Below, piece after piece: positions 30,355 through 42,192 of a stretch of 64,000 nt of DNA. The number at the start of each line of letters is the position of its first letter. Position 1 is the stretch's first letter. Source of the stretch: an uncultured Methanoregulaceae archaeon (GTDB taxonomy: Archaea; Halobacteriota; Methanomicrobia; Methanomicrobiales; Methanospirillaceae); NCBI GenBank assembly GCA_963701095.1, contig OY969564.1, forward strand, positions 1 through 64,000, given 5' to 3'. Both the position numbers and the translations under genes were made by a program. The notes under the pieces were generated by a model, which saw only the letters and a program-made list of their open reading frames with translations, had not been told where the DNA came from and searched no databases.

Positions 30355-32977
30355 TTACTTTTCCTTTAGACCCCGGTTATAATGGCCTGAAGTGATACCG
30401 CCGAGCGCTATCTCTTTTATCCGGTCCCGTAAAAGGATACACTGTCCGTCAGAACTGCTGCTTTCTTGGGTGGCAAGGGTGATGGCTTCCCGGTAGATGC
30501 TCACTATTTCTTCCGCATACGCCGGTGTTCTTCCCCGTGCATCAATTATCAGGTCGTCGATTCCCATTTTCATGAATGCTGGCACTGCATCAACGAGGCA
30601 GGTTTCAGCTGCATTAAAAATATGACCTCGGCATGCAGTGTCAGTCCTGACCGGCAGGAGATGACCGGTCTCATCCCGGATTCCGTAAAACCGGGACCCT
30701 CCGCAGGAACCGTTCTTACAGATGTCAGAAACGGAAAGAAGACAGTCCTCGGTAACCATCACTTCAAGGTTTCCCTGAACAAAAACCGCCAGTTCCGGCC
30801 CCGGTTCCCGTGAGCGAACAGAACGAACGAGCAAGCCAATCTCACCGGCAGACAATTCCGGGGAGAGCAGGAGCATTTCAAACGGCAGCCTTTCCAGGGT
30901 TCGGACTGTCGCGCCGTTAAAAACGTTGAGCCCGAACGAACCTGAAAGTGCAATTTCCGGAACAGTATCGATTATCGCTAATGCAGGGCCCGGGTTTTCA
31001 ACCATACATGCACGAAGACCTGCTGAATAAAGGCGGGGCAGTGTCAACCTGATTTCCGCTATCTCGATCTGTCTTGTTATTCTAGGTAGTTTCCAGACAA
31101 GGAGCGTGTTGTGATTTTTGCATATCTTAACGGCAGTCCGGATGGCTTCTTCAACACAGGCTTTAGCTGGGTCCTGCTTGTTTTTAGGGACACTTAACCC
31201 GGGTGGTTCGAAACAGATTACCTCTGCCCCGGCACAGGCACCTGCTTCAACCGATTCAAGCGTATCCACGTACAAGATAATTTTGAATGCCCTGCGAGAT
31301 GGTTCAACGGTCTGGTGATGATGGCAGGTCCTGTATTTATTGAGACGTTCTTTTGCAGCGATCACTTTATCAGGGAGAGGAAGGTAGGCAGCCACCAATT
31401 TCTTTTCGGCGAGGGTAAAAAATGCCCGCCGCAGCCCGTTGATTTCCCGAACCGGGGCAAAGAAAGTATCATTGTAGTCGAGCGTAAGGCTCGTAATACG
31501 AAAAGGAGTTTCCCGGTTTTTTCCAGTTGTGCAGAAAGTCGTTCTTTCCGAAGCGGGCTGGTCCGGGCTGGTTCAATCTGGAGGCCATCGTTCATTTTGA
31601 CCGCAACCGGTTCTTTACAGGGTGGGTTGATTGTTCCCGAAAGTGTAAGCAGTCCTTCCGGCGTGACCCGGGCGACCATATCAACCGGAACCGGGCGACG
31701 AAGATCAGGATCCGGGTGTCGTATGATCTGCCGGGATCGGCTCGCAAGATCGACCGATGCTGTCAGAAATGCCAGTGAACCTGCATCTACCTTACGGGGA
31801 ACAACAAGTTCGATACCCCCCAGTGTTACAGAAGGTCTGGTATTGAGCGAAAACCCCCATGCGGCTTCCGGATTTTCCGGGTGAGAAAAGAGAAGCCCGT
31901 CGCCGGGTTGAATTTCGATGGGGAGATTCGGACAGATGGTTACCGTTTCTTTCTTCCGATCGTACCGGGATACAGTCCCGATGAACAGGCCCCGGTTATC
32001 AGAGCGGTCCCTTCCCATGAGTTTTCCTTTGGAATTACCAAAAAGGTGGCCCCGGGTAAATCCTCGGTTAAATGCGAGGAAAAGGTCCCGGGTTGACGTT
32101 TCCTCCGGGACAAACACACCTCGTACAGCCGCATCAAGGGCGCGCCGGTACGTGGATACAACGATGGATACGTACTCAGCAGATTTCATCCTGCCCTCAA
32201 TTTTCAACGATACAATTGGTGTACTGACGAGCCGGGAGATATCCTGGTAGGTACAAAGATCTTTGGGTGAAAGGAGATAGGGCCCCGGAACCGGTACATC
32301 CTGAAGATCAAACGGACGGCTGTACCGGTCGATTTCCGCAGTAAACAGTGAATATTTCTTCCGGCACGGCTGGGCACACATACCCCGGTTACCACTTCTT
32401 CCGCCTATTACTGAGGAGAGCAGGCACTGGCCGGAGTAACTGTAACAGAGAGCCCCGTGCGCAAATATTTCAAGACCTACGCCGGTATCAGCCGTTTCCT
32501 GGGCGATTGATTCTACCTCGGAAAGAGGGAGCTCCCGGGCAAGTACTACTCGTGAGAACCCGAGGCTTTGCGCCCACCGGACTCCCTCTGCATTGTGAAT
32601 GGTGAGCTGGGTCGAAGCATGGAGTACAAGATCGGGCACAATCTCGTGTGCAAGTGCCGCAACACCGGTATCCTGTACTAGCACAGCGTCGACTCCCACC
32701 GCATACAGCCGGACCAAATATTCTAAAACATCGGCGAGTTCCCGGTCATGGATCAGCGTATTAACCGTAACATAAACCTTTACACCCCGGGTATGGGCAT
32801 ATACCACCGCCTCTTCAATCTCTTTTTCAGAAAAATTCGGGGCAAACTTCCGTGCACCAAACTGTTTACCACTCAGGTAGACTGCATCTGCCCCGGCGTT
32901 GACTGCCGCTAAGAATGCCGCCGGGAGCCGGCCGGGGCAAGCAGTTCCGGGATTTTTTTTAGTTGATGATGCAGCAT
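30355..32977 (-). CDS. U32 family peptidase / RNA hydroxylase-like with DUF3656-type C-terminus (frameshifts ~32925 and ~31400-31500)
   Basis: PELLAPAG, GADAVY, HASTQ, HGALCYSYSGQC, SGNRGMCAQPCR, LKIEGRMK, terminal TSGHYNRG. Confidence 0.9.
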
Positions 32978-32988
32978 GGTGTCCCCTT

Positions 32989-33534
32989 CTAGCGGAGGAA
33001 GAAATGTATTATGCCAAGAGTAGCAAGAGTGGTTGTAACTGCAGCGACCCAGTATCCGGCCATGGTTATCGCAAACGTCCGTCCTTTGTTCCATCCGAAA
33101 AGCCATGAAGCCGGGGAGCAGAGGTATACGCCAATCAGGATCTCTACAGGAAACAGGCCGAGAATGCCATACCGGTCAAATAATTTAGAGCGATGTACCA
33201 TCCTTCTTGTCCAATCGAGAAAGCCCGCTACGCGCCCGGACGCTGTTCCAATGGCATCGAGCATACCAAAGATGCCAAGAAATATCCCGGCCTCGATACT
33301 GGTGGCTGCCAGAAGCGCGTAAAGCGGGGGCAGTCCAAGAGCTATGCCTATAGGTATCGATCCGTATTCGATAAGAAACGCGCTTGCTATCAGGGCACAT
33401 GCCGCGCTCAGAGATAAGGTAAACGCGTATGCACCAACGAGCGGAAGGATGAACGCAAGGAGGACCCACCACCCGACTGCCTTGCATGCAGTTCGGAGCG
33501 TTGTCAATACTGCCGCACGTTCCATATCCAGCAA
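32989..33534 (-). CDS. Membrane protein (small multidrug export-like)
   Basis: IEYGSIPIGIALG, RYGILGLF, hydrophobic. Confidence 0.65.
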   Translation of the reverse strand: MLDMERAAVLTTLRTACKAVGWWVLLAFILPLVGAYAFTLSLSAACALIASAFLIEYGSIPIGIALGLPPLYALLAATSIEAGIFLGIFGMLDAIGTASGRVAGFLDWTRRMVHRSKLFDRYGILGLFPVEILIGVYLCSPASWLFGWNKGRTFAITMAGYWVAAVTTTLATLGIIHFFLR

Positions 33535-33646
33535 AAGAGCTTCAACCCGTAAAGTGATAAACCGGTACCCCAGAGAAAAATACGGTTAAGAGAATTTCAA
33601 AGCAGAGCACATCTTTTTGAGAGCTGCCGGCTAACGTTCAGGTAAT

Positions 33647-34279
33647 ATGCAGATAATTGCCTGCTTAATCAATCCCCAACAGGCCGCAGACGCACAGAAG
33701 CAGGGAGCGGACATCATCGAACTCCGCCTTGACCTTATGGAAGGAAATCCGGTAGATCTCGTGCGGCAGTGCAAAGCAATTTCAAATCTCCCGGTGATTG
33801 CCACACTCCGCTCTGCGCAGCAAGGAGGAAGGTACTTCGGGACACCTCAAGAATGGGAAAAGAAAATCACCCCAGTACTTCCCCTTGTAGACTATGTTGA
33901 TATCGAGCAGCAGTTTGCCCGGGGCGCAATGCTCGTAAAAGCCGCCGAAAAAACAATCATTGCCTCGCATCACGAGAGCCAGACGATGCCGCTTCATGTC
34001 CTTTTCGTGCTCGAACAGGAACTGCGGTCGTACGGTGATATACCCAAGATCGTTATCACTCCTGCAAGTGAAGACGATATTATTGACCTGATTGCATTTA
34101 CCCGGGCAGCGAAAAAACCCATATGTACCGGGGTGATGGGTACAACCTTCCGGTATGCCCGCGCTGTTCTCCCGCTCTTTGGTTCAGATTATGTTTACTG
34201 TCATACAGGGACACCGACAGCTCCAGGCCAGTACTCTGTCGCAGAGTTTATGACTTTAAAAAAGCTCCTCTTTTCTTAA
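33647..34279 (+). CDS. aroD: Type I 3-dehydroquinate dehydratase
   Basis: ADIIELRLD, IATLR, YVDIE, IASHH, IPKI, MG, TAPGQ. Confidence 0.92.
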   Translation: MQIIACLINPQQAADAQKQGADIIELRLDLMEGNPVDLVRQCKAISNLPVIATLRSAQQGGRYFGTPQEWEKKITPVLPLVDYVDIEQQFARGAMLVKAAEKTIIASHHESQTMPLHVLFVLEQELRSYGDIPKIVITPASEDDIIDLIAFTRAAKKPICTGVMGTTFRYARAVLPLFGSDYVYCHTGTPTAPGQYSVAEFMTLKKLLFS

Positions 34280-34314
34280 AATGATAAATATATCCGAGCA
34301 GACATGATAAAAGG

Positions 34315-35300
34315 TCACCGGTATTTTTTCTGTTCGAGCACCGCATCGACTATCACAAGGGCGAGCATCGCTTCTGCCACCGGGATTATCCGGGGCACAA
34401 TACAGGGATCATGTCGCCCGCCAACGTTTATATCAACGACGTTTCCGTGGATGTCTCGTGTTTTCTGGGTCTTTGCAATGGATGGCGTTGGTTTGACGGC
34501 AATACGAACGACAATATCCTTGCCTGACGAAATGCCTCCAAGAATCCCCCCGGCATGGTTGGAGGCAAACCCGGTTTTGGTCATCTGGTCATTGTTCTCA
34601 CTTCCAAACCGCCCGGCAACAGCAAAACCATCACCTATTTCGACTCCTTTAACTGCACCGATTCCCATCATTGCACCGGCAAGTGCGGCGTCGAGTTTGC
34701 CGGAAACCGGGTCTCCCAGTCCTACCGGACAGCCGGACGCCACGATCTCTGCAATCCCTCCTACGGAGTCACCCGCATTTTTTACTGCAAGTATTTCCTG
34801 TTCAATTTCCCGGGTGGTGGTTTTCCCATGCACGGATATAATCCGGCCGGTCACCGCAATCCCGAAGCCGGAAAGGTACTTTAACGCAACTGCTCCTGCC
34901 GCTACCCGTCCTACGGTTTCCCTGCCCGAACTCCGTCCACCGCCCCGGTAATCGCGGATCCCGTATTTTTCCTGGTAGGTGAAATCTGCATGACCTGGAC
35001 GGAATTTTTCTTTGATTGCTGCGTAATCGCCTGAGTGCATATCCCGGTTCCTGACCAGTAACGCAATCGGAGATCCTGTAGTCATCCCCTCAAATACACC
35101 GGAGAGGATTTCGACTGTGTCAGTTTCGTTGCGGGCCGTTGTAAGGTCAGAAGTGCCCGGCGGCGCCGGTCAAGCAGAGGCTGGATATCTGCGGTAGATA
35201 ATGCGAGCTGTGCCGGGCATCCGTCAATTACCACCCCCACGGCCGGACCGTGGCTTTCCCCGAATGTTGTAACTGCAAAATTCCTGCCAAAGGTGTTCAT
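34315..35300 (-). CDS. aroC: Chorismate synthase (frameshift ~35090-35160)
   Basis: [41 protein letters not shown]. Confidence 0.95.
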
Positions 35301-36686
35301 GCCAATATCTCCCGTATGACCGTCTCGGGAACGTCTATCCCAAAGAAGAGACGGAACTGTTCGCGTGCCTGGTGGATAAAAACCTCAGTCCCGGTAATGG
35401 TTTTACATCCTGCTCTTCGGGCGGCTGCAATAAACGGTGTGACCGGAGGTGTATACACAAGATCAAATACGGTCATCTCCTTTTTGAGCTGATCGTCCCG
35501 AACCGGACTTGAGGTATCCGGGTCCATACCAACAGGTGTTGCGTTTACCACCAGATCCGGAGTTATTCCATCAAATGCGTCCCATGTGCGCCAGCTGCAA
35601 CCAAACCGTTTTGCAAGCGCCTGTGCTTTTCGTGGTGTCCGGTTCAGGATGATAACCTCCATATCAAGATCCAACAATGCATACGCTGCAGCCGCAGCAA
35701 CCCCTCCGGCACCGAGCGGTCCTGCACAAGATCCGGCCAGATTTTCAAGAGGTTTTCGTATCCCCTGCCAGTCGGTATTGCTGCCATACGTCTTTTCGCA
35801 GGCAAAAACAACCGTATTTACCGCCCCTATCTTTCGGGCTGACTCGTCGATCTCGTCAAGAAGAGCCATTATATCCTGTTTAAAGGGGATGGTAACCGAG
35901 AGCCCTTTTGCATCGATCTCCCGGGCTTTTTCCATGATAGTCTGTATTGACGGATCCCAGAACCGGGTGTAATGGCAGTTGAGCTGGTATTTCTCAAACA
36001 GCCTGTTAAAAAGCAGGGGACCTTTGCTGTGTCCACAGGGGCAGCCGGCAACACCGAGAAACCGGATCTGCGGGTCATACCGGGTGCCAACCAACAGGGA
36101 TTTCATCTGCTCCCGTTCCTGAACCGGGAGAGGGCTTGCTGCAAACCACCGGAAGACAGACTCCCGGGTCGGTGCAAAAACAGTACCTTTATCCAGAAGA
36201 CAAAGTATGTTGTCAGCTGCCTGTTCCGTCGATGTTCGGCTCGTGTCAACGCAAAAATCTGCAGCCGCAGCATAGTTGCATCGCCTGGAAGCGATTACGT
36301 GGGCGATCTCTTCTTCCGGAGGAAGACCGGTAAGGGGAGGCCGGGGAGATCGTGCCAGCCGGCGACCGATAGTCGCATGATCCGCGTGCAGGAGGACACC
36401 TATGCTTGCTGCACGAAGCTGTTCCATTTTTGCCGGATCCATCACGACGCCACCTCCGGTACTGACGATACAGTCTGATGAAGGAAGACTGGAAATCACT
36501 TCGCGTTCAAGGATCCGGAACCTCCTCTCCCCCTCATTACGGAATATCTCGGGGATTGTTTGGCCGCTCCTTTTTTCTACTAATTCGTCGGTGTCGATAA
36601 AAGCTCATCCCGAGCCGCCGGGCAAGAACGGTTCCGATAGCTGTTTTGCCCGTACCCCGGTATCCGAAGAGTACGATCCTTTTCAT
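35297..36686 (-). CDS. aroE: Shikimate kinase (bacterial AroK type) - shikimate dehydrogenase fusion (frameshift ~36600)
   Basis: Hand-translated start [15 protein letters not shown], then DTD, STGGG, RPPL; followed by [32 protein letters not shown]. Confidence 0.9.
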
Positions 36687-37948
36687 TCTATCACCCCGGA
36701 AAGCATAGTCCAGAATGCCGGGAAGGACTTGTTAACGCATTCCGCTCCGGTGATCGATACACCGCCGATGCCAAGACCAAGTATGGCGAAGCTCATCGCG
36801 GTACGGTGGTCGTTTGCCGGGTCTATAGTGCCCCCGTGGAGAGGGGCGGGCCGGATAATAATCCGGTTGCCATCAGTTTCTGCAAAAGCCCCAAGCTGCC
36901 GTAGGCGTTCGGCAGTGACCGCAAGACGGTCACTCTCCTTATATTTCAGGTGTCCTATACCGGTGATTACCGTGGGGGTCTTTGCCACTGCCGCCACCAT
37001 ACAGAGTGTCTGGACAGTATCGGGAGATGAGGACATATCAATGGTAATGCCGGAAAGGATTCCTTCGTTTTCGACTGTCACGCTGGTATGTGACCAGGTA
37101 ACGTGGCAGCCCATTTTTGTAAGGGCACCAAGCAAAAGTCGATCTCCCTGTACCGAATCCGGGGTAAGATCGTTCACTGTAACTTTTCCGCCACAGATCG
37201 CCGCAAGGGCAAAAAAATACGAAGCAGATGAATAGTCCCCTTCGATGACATACGTACACCCGGTGTAACGATCCTGATTACTCACTTCGAAAAGCTTGTA
37301 CTTTTCACGATGGATTTTTGCCCCAAATTTGGCCATGACACCGACCGTAATATCGAGATAAGACTGCGATGCTGGTGTTCCGGTGATTGCAAGGGTCACC
37401 GGTTTGCGTGAATACGGTGCTGCCATCAAAACCGAAGAAGCAAACTGGCTGCTCACCGACCCATCGATTGAGGTAGTTCCTCCTTCAAGGCTGCCTCCTA
37501 TTGTAAGGGGAGGAAAACCCGGTTTTTTCTTAAAGGTGATCTTTGCCCCCAGAACCGAAAGGGTATGTGCAAGCGGGTCGACCGGCCGTTCCTGCATCCT
37601 GGCGTTTCCTGTAAGAGTAACCGGATGATCTGCCAGGAGTACCGATGAGGAAAGCAGGCGCAGGGATGTCCCGGAGTTTTCAAGATCGAGTACTGTACCG
37701 GGGGGACAGGAAAAACTCCCGTCACATCCTTCAATGGTCACGCTTCTTTCCCCGGCACTGATATTGACACCAAGTGTGGCAAGAGCCGTAATAGTGAGGT
37801 TAGTATCCTCGGCCAAAAGAGGTTTGATGATCGTGCTTGTGCCACGGGCAAGTGCTGCTGCGATAAGGGCACGGTGCGTGTAACTCTTAGATGGCGGGGC
37901 AGTAACCGTAAGATCGACACTTCGCCTCTTTGGAAGGGTTACGATCAT
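36683..37948 (-). CDS. aroA: EPSP synthase
   Basis: PPSKSYTHR, NSGTSLR, SSQF, EGDYSSA, KESDR, DHR, KSFP. Confidence 0.96.
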   Translation of the reverse strand: MIVTLPKRRSVDLTVTAPPSKSYTHRALIAAALARGTSTIIKPLLAEDTNLTITALATLGVNISAGERSVTIEGCDGSFSCPPGTVLDLENSGTSLRLLSSSVLLADHPVTLTGNARMQERPVDPLAHTLSVLGAKITFKKKPGFPPLTIGGSLEGGTTSIDGSVSSQFASSVLMAAPYSRKPVTLAITGTPASQSYLDITVGVMAKFGAKIHREKYKLFEVSNQDRYTGCTYVIEGDYSSASYFFALAAICGGKVTVNDLTPDSVQGDRLLLGALTKMGCHVTWSHTSVTVENEGILSGITIDMSSSPDTVQTLCMVAAVAKTPTVITGIGHLKYKESDRLAVTAERLRQLGAFAETDGNRIIIRPAPLHGGTIDPANDHRTAMSFAILGLGIGGVSITGAECVNKSFPAFWTMLSGVIE

Positions 37949-38736
37949 AAGGGGACCTCTATCCTTGGATAGCATCCCAGGTTCCTGATATTGGTGATTT
38001 CCCTGAGTTCCCGGAGTGCCTCGTCAGTATATGTATTTACGGCGTAATCGAGGAAAAAGACATATTTTCCCATCCCTTTTTTTGACGGACGCGATTCGAT
38101 ACGGGTAAGGTTGATTCTCCTTGTTGCAAAAACGCCCAGAAGATCGTAAAGCAACCCGGCCCGGTCAATATCCGGATCAATCAGAAGGCTGCATTTGCCG
38201 GATTGATTGGAAGCACAAGGGACTGTTGCAATCCGCACAAAACGGGTTGTGTTCCCCGGGTTGTTCTCTATGTGTCCTGCGATAATCGGTAGTTTATACA
38301 TCGCCGCTGCCGAGGCCGAAAGGATCGCCCCGGCGTTCGGGGTCTTTTTTGCTTCAATGGCACTTGATGCGTTGCTGCTTGTGTGTATTACCGGGACCTG
38401 CCATCGTTCGATCCATGTGCTGCATTGCTCATGAGTCTGGGGGTGAGCGTAAATCACGCGGATTTTGTCAAGCGGTACAAGGGAGGCAAAATTATGGTGC
38501 ACCGGCATATACATCTCTGCAATAATCGATAGGGGATATTTTGTCAGACCGTCAAGGGTCTCCCCGACCCCTCCAGCCTCAGAGTTCTCTATTGGTACAA
38601 TACCGTCACCATTACCTGCAGCTACGCTCGCAAAGATGCGGTGGATGGTAGGTTCCAAGACCACCGGATCGCATTTCAGCCTGAGTGCGAGTTCGTGGGA
38701 GAATGTCCCTTCGGGGCCAAGGGTAATAACGGTCAT
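37945..38736 (-). CDS. pheA: Prephenate dehydratase
   Basis: LGPEGTFS, PIENS, HPQ, NTTRF, ACT domain NLTRIESRP. Confidence 0.95.
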   Translation of the reverse strand: MTVITLGPEGTFSHELALRLKCDPVVLEPTIHRIFASVAAGNGDGIVPIENSEAGGVGETLDGLTKYPLSIIAEMYMPVHHNFASLVPLDKIRVIYAHPQTHEQCSTWIERWQVPVIHTSSNASSAIEAKKTPNAGAILSASAAAMYKLPIIAGHIENNPGNTTRFVRIATVPCASNQSGKCSLLIDPDIDRAGLLYDLLGVFATRRINLTRIESRPSKKGMGKYVFFLDYAVNTYTDEALRELREITNIRNLGCYPRIEVPL

Positions 38737-39563
38737 TTTTTCACCATGCATTCGATTAAGGTATCGGTGAGCTTTTGGCCGCGTTCGCAGTAGGCACCCA
38801 GGTGACGGGTGTCGCGGGAAAAGAACGCCGAAAATGCCCCGGAATCGCCACGTTTCACAATGTCTGAAAGTTCACCGGCGGCCGACTGGCACGCAGCAAG
38901 TACCTCAGGCACAAACGGGTTTTGTTCGAGAATATCTGCATACATTGCCGGGTCCTGCGAAAGCAGTCTTCCCATAAGCGAGAGTTCGATCTGGTAGACC
39001 GGACTCATGAATTTCTCGGTTTCCTGTATATCTACGCCAAGTCTGCGGATGGTATCAGCCAAACAAATCGTGACAAAATGGGTAAGCCCCTGAACTATGG
39101 CCATCATCCGGTCATGTTCTTCTGGAGTTGTAATCGTGCAGATGGCACCCTCTTTGAGGAAAATACTTTTGAGTTGGTCAAGTCTGGCATCGGCCGTGCG
39201 TGCAGGACACATCACGATGGTTTGGCCGGAAATTGATGATACAGTCGGCCCGAACATCGGGTGCAGTCCGATCACTTCTGCCTTTGATCTCAGCATTGCT
39301 CTTACCGGATCGGATTTGAGCGATGTAAAGTCACAAAGAAGCTGATCTTCCCTTAAATGTGGTGCAATTTCATTGATGATCCGGACCGTGTCATGAATCG
39401 GAACCGAGACAATCACGAGATCGCATGTCCGTGCAATGGTGGCGTTTGTCACCGTTGTTGAACTTCCTGATACACATACTTCATATCCCGCACGTTCAAA
39501 GACCGGGACAAAAAGCCTTCCCATCTTTCCGGTTCCGCCGATAATGCCTGCCTTCATTTTCAC
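38733..39563 (-). CDS. tyrA: Prephenate dehydrogenase
   Basis: IIGGTGKMG, DFTSLK, HPMFGP, EHDRMMAIVQGLTH. Confidence 0.93.
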   Translation of the reverse strand: MKMKAGIIGGTGKMGRLFVPVFERAGYEVCVSGSSTTVTNATIARTCDLVIVSVPIHDTVRIINEIAPHLREDQLLCDFTSLKSDPVRAMLRSKAEVIGLHPMFGPTVSSISGQTIVMCPARTADARLDQLKSIFLKEGAICTITTPEEHDRMMAIVQGLTHFVTICLADTIRRLGVDIQETEKFMSPVYQIELSLMGRLLSQDPAMYADILEQNPFVPEVLAACQSAAGELSDIVKRGDSGAFSAFFSRDTRHLGAYCERGQKLTDTLIECMVKK

Positions 39564-40552
39564 TTCTCGCGGATAGTCTCTTTAACCGGCATGCCAAAGT
39601 GCCTGCCTCCTTCAAGAGAACAACCAAGGATACTGTTTCCGGTGGCAAGATTCACAACCGAGATGGCTTTTCCCTCGGGGGTTACAAGCCGGATCGTTTC
39701 AGCATTCTGGAGGATCAGGCTTGCTTTTGCCCCTCCCTCTTCAGCTTTTGCTTCAATAAGGAGCAGCGGCCGGCGTTCTATCTTGGTCCGTCCGATAATC
39801 GCCGATCGTGCGGCACCGTGACTATCGGAAACAAGTACCTGGCCGCCGATCGAAAGATCGGACAGGTATGCGGTTTTTCCATCCGGCAGCAGGATATATG
39901 CATGTACGGCTCCGGCGTTAACTCGGAATGGGCGGGGGGCTACGTATGGGTTTTCCAGTGTTTCGGCATGTACGAGGAGCATGGCAGATGAGGTGTTTCC
40001 CATCAGCATGCCATCACCGTCGGTAAGCATCGAACAGGTATCCACGCAGACCCGGTCTCCCATACCTACCGGCTGGATTTTGGTTACCGTAAATGGAACG
40101 AGTCTTACACTACTAGAGGCGTTTTTAATACGTGCTGCAACGTTCTTTATGACCGAGGGATCGCTTGTTTTCAGGAAGATACCATACACGCCTTTTTCAA
40201 GGACATGTAAGGCAAGTTCGGCCTCTTGGACATCTTTTACTGCTGCAATGATCCGGTCAGACTGGGCTACAAGGTTTTCGAGAGGAATAACGGTCCAGTC
40301 GCTCGTAGTAACGATAACAATCTTATGTTTTCCTTTTCTTGCTGCTTCGTTTTCGCTTTCCTTATCGGTGATCGTACATTCAATCACATCTGTCCCAAGG
40401 ACAAGATCGCCATCGGGAGCAATCGTGGTAATCCTGCCAAGCCGGTGAACGTCTTCTGCCCGATTCGTCACAACCGCATCTGCGCCGCTCTCTAGTGCCG
40501 TTGTCACGATCTCTTTATTCCACGGGCGGGCATCTACCCAGAACTGTTTCAT
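39560..40552 (-). CDS. 3-dehydroquinate synthase II (archaeal aroB')
   Basis: [47 protein letters not shown]. Confidence 0.95.
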   Translation of the reverse strand: MKQFWVDARPWNKEIVTTALESGADAVVTNRAEDVHRLGRITTIAPDGDLVLGTDVIECTITDKESENEAARKGKHKIVIVTTSDWTVIPLENLVAQSDRIIAAVKDVQEAELALHVLEKGVYGIFLKTSDPSVIKNVAARIKNASSSVRLVPFTVTKIQPVGMGDRVCVDTCSMLTDGDGMLMGNTSSAMLLVHAETLENPYVAPRPFRVNAGAVHAYILLPDGKTAYLSDLSIGGQVLVSDSHGAARSAIIGRTKIERRPLLLIEAKAEEGGAKASLILQNAETIRLVTPEGKAISVVNLATGNSILGCSLEGGRHFGMPVKETIREK

Positions 40553-41336
40553 CTATTTCTGCTCCAGGGCTTTTTTCGGGTCGACGTTGTGGTGCACGAC
40601 ACGACAGATAGACTGGACAAATGCCCGGGTGTTGTCGCGCTGGAAGGCATTTCTTCCCATGCAGACACCTGCCCCCCCGGCTGCGATAGAGTCCCGGATC
40701 ATTTCAAGCGATTCAAGGTCGCTTATTTTTTCACCGCCAGCTGACAAAAACCGGTACCGAACAGGCTTTCGTGATCCGGGTAAATGCTTCAGGCGTCCCC
40801 GGGTAGCTGGTTTTAATCATGTCGGCGCCCAGTTCCTCGGCTACTCTTACACATTGGCCGATGGTCTGTGGCGATGCGGGATCGATACCTTTTCCCCGCG
40901 GGTAGATCATCACCAGGAGCGGGATGCCCCAGCGGTTGCAGTCCCGGACGATTTTTGCCCCGGATTCAAGCATTTTCGATTCGTTTGGAGCACCGAGGTT
41001 GATATGGATGGAGACCGCATCGGCGCCCAGAGCGATGGCCTCTTCAACAGAACAGACAAGCACCTTGTCGTTGGGGTCCGGGTTGAGTGAAGTACTTCCC
41101 GAGAGGTGCACAATAAGGCCGATGTCTCGGCCATGTCTCCGGTGACCTGTCTTGACCATACCCTTATGGAGGACGATAGCGTTTGCCCCGCCTTCACTGA
41201 TATCGGTTATTACTTTAGTCATATCAAGGAGGCCGTCAATCTGTCCCATGGAAAAACCATGGTCCATCGGTATAATCACCGAGCGTCCCGTGTTCCTGTC
41301 TATAATTCGTTCGATCCTGATTTCCTTTCCTACCAT
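40553..41336 (-). CDS. ADH synthase (aroA') / DhnA-type class I aldolase, copy 2 (frameshift ~40746)
   Basis: IPMDHG, GADAVSIHIN, YPRG, ELGADMIKT, AGG, GRNAFQ. Confidence 0.9.
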
Positions 41337-41346
41337 GATTTTTCCC

Positions 41347-42138
41347 TCACGCATTGAGAATTTTTAGCGCTTCCGTGACGCTCATATTCTGGTGCACGAT
41401 ACAGGCTGCCGCACGGACAAACTTGTCCGGTGTCCGGTGCTGGAAAGCATTCCGGCCAATCGAGATCCCGGCAGCTCCTCCCGCGATCGCGCCTTCAATC
41501 AGTTCAAGTGTTGTGCGGTCATCAGTCTTTGAACCTCCGGCAACAACAACTGGAACAGGGCAACCTCTGGTTACTTCGCGAAACGATTCCGGATCACCGG
41601 TATATACCGTTTTCACGATATCTGCCCCCAGCTCAGCTGCTACCCGGGCTGCGAGTTTAACCTGGTCGACATCATTTTCTTTTTTAATGTCCTTGCCTCG
41701 CGGGTACATCATTGCGAGCAATGGCATGCCCCATTCCATACATTCGATGGCGACATTTCCCAGATCCGAGAGCATCCGGGCTTCAGAATCTGCTCCGATA
41801 TTGACATGCATCGAGACCGCGTCAGCACCCATCCTGAGAGCGTTGGTTACAGAATTCACCAGCACTTTCTCGTTCGGATCCGGGGAGATCGAAGTACTTG
41901 CTGACAGATGCAGGATAAGCCCGATATCCCGGCCTCCCTGACGGTGACCGTAAAGGGCAAGGCCGACATGTCCTATAACGGCGTTCGCTCCACCGTCAGC
42001 AACGAGGTTAACTGCCTGCGACATATCAATAAGGCCCTGGATCGGGCCGTTTGTCACACCGTGATCCATCGGTACTATTACTGTTTTTTTCGTATTCCGG
42101 TTCATGATACGTTCCAGACGAATTTCTTTACCGCTCAT
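41347..42138 (-). CDS. ADH synthase (aroA') / DhnA-type class I aldolase, copy 1
   Basis: [42 protein letters not shown]. Confidence 0.92.
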   Translation of the reverse strand: MSGKEIRLERIMNRNTKKTVIVPMDHGVTNGPIQGLIDMSQAVNLVADGGANAVIGHVGLALYGHRQGGRDIGLILHLSASTSISPDPNEKVLVNSVTNALRMGADAVSMHVNIGADSEARMLSDLGNVAIECMEWGMPLLAMMYPRGKDIKKENDVDQVKLAARVAAELGADIVKTVYTGDPESFREVTRGCPVPVVVAGGSKTDDRTTLELIEGAIAGGAAGISIGRNAFQHRTPDKFVRAAACIVHQNMSVTEALKILNA

Positions 42139-42151
42139 AACAACAACAACT

Positions 42152-42192
42152 CCCCCTTCAGCCCTGAACAAGAGATCAGATATTGAAGGGAA
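42152..42192 (-). promoter_or_regulatory. Hairpin sequestering the SD of the first aro gene
   Basis: On the minus strand UUCCCUUCA (42192-42184) pairs with UGAAGGGGG (42160-42152), plus an inner UCUGA/UCAGG stem. SD GGGGGAG lies at 42156-42150. Confidence 0.6.
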
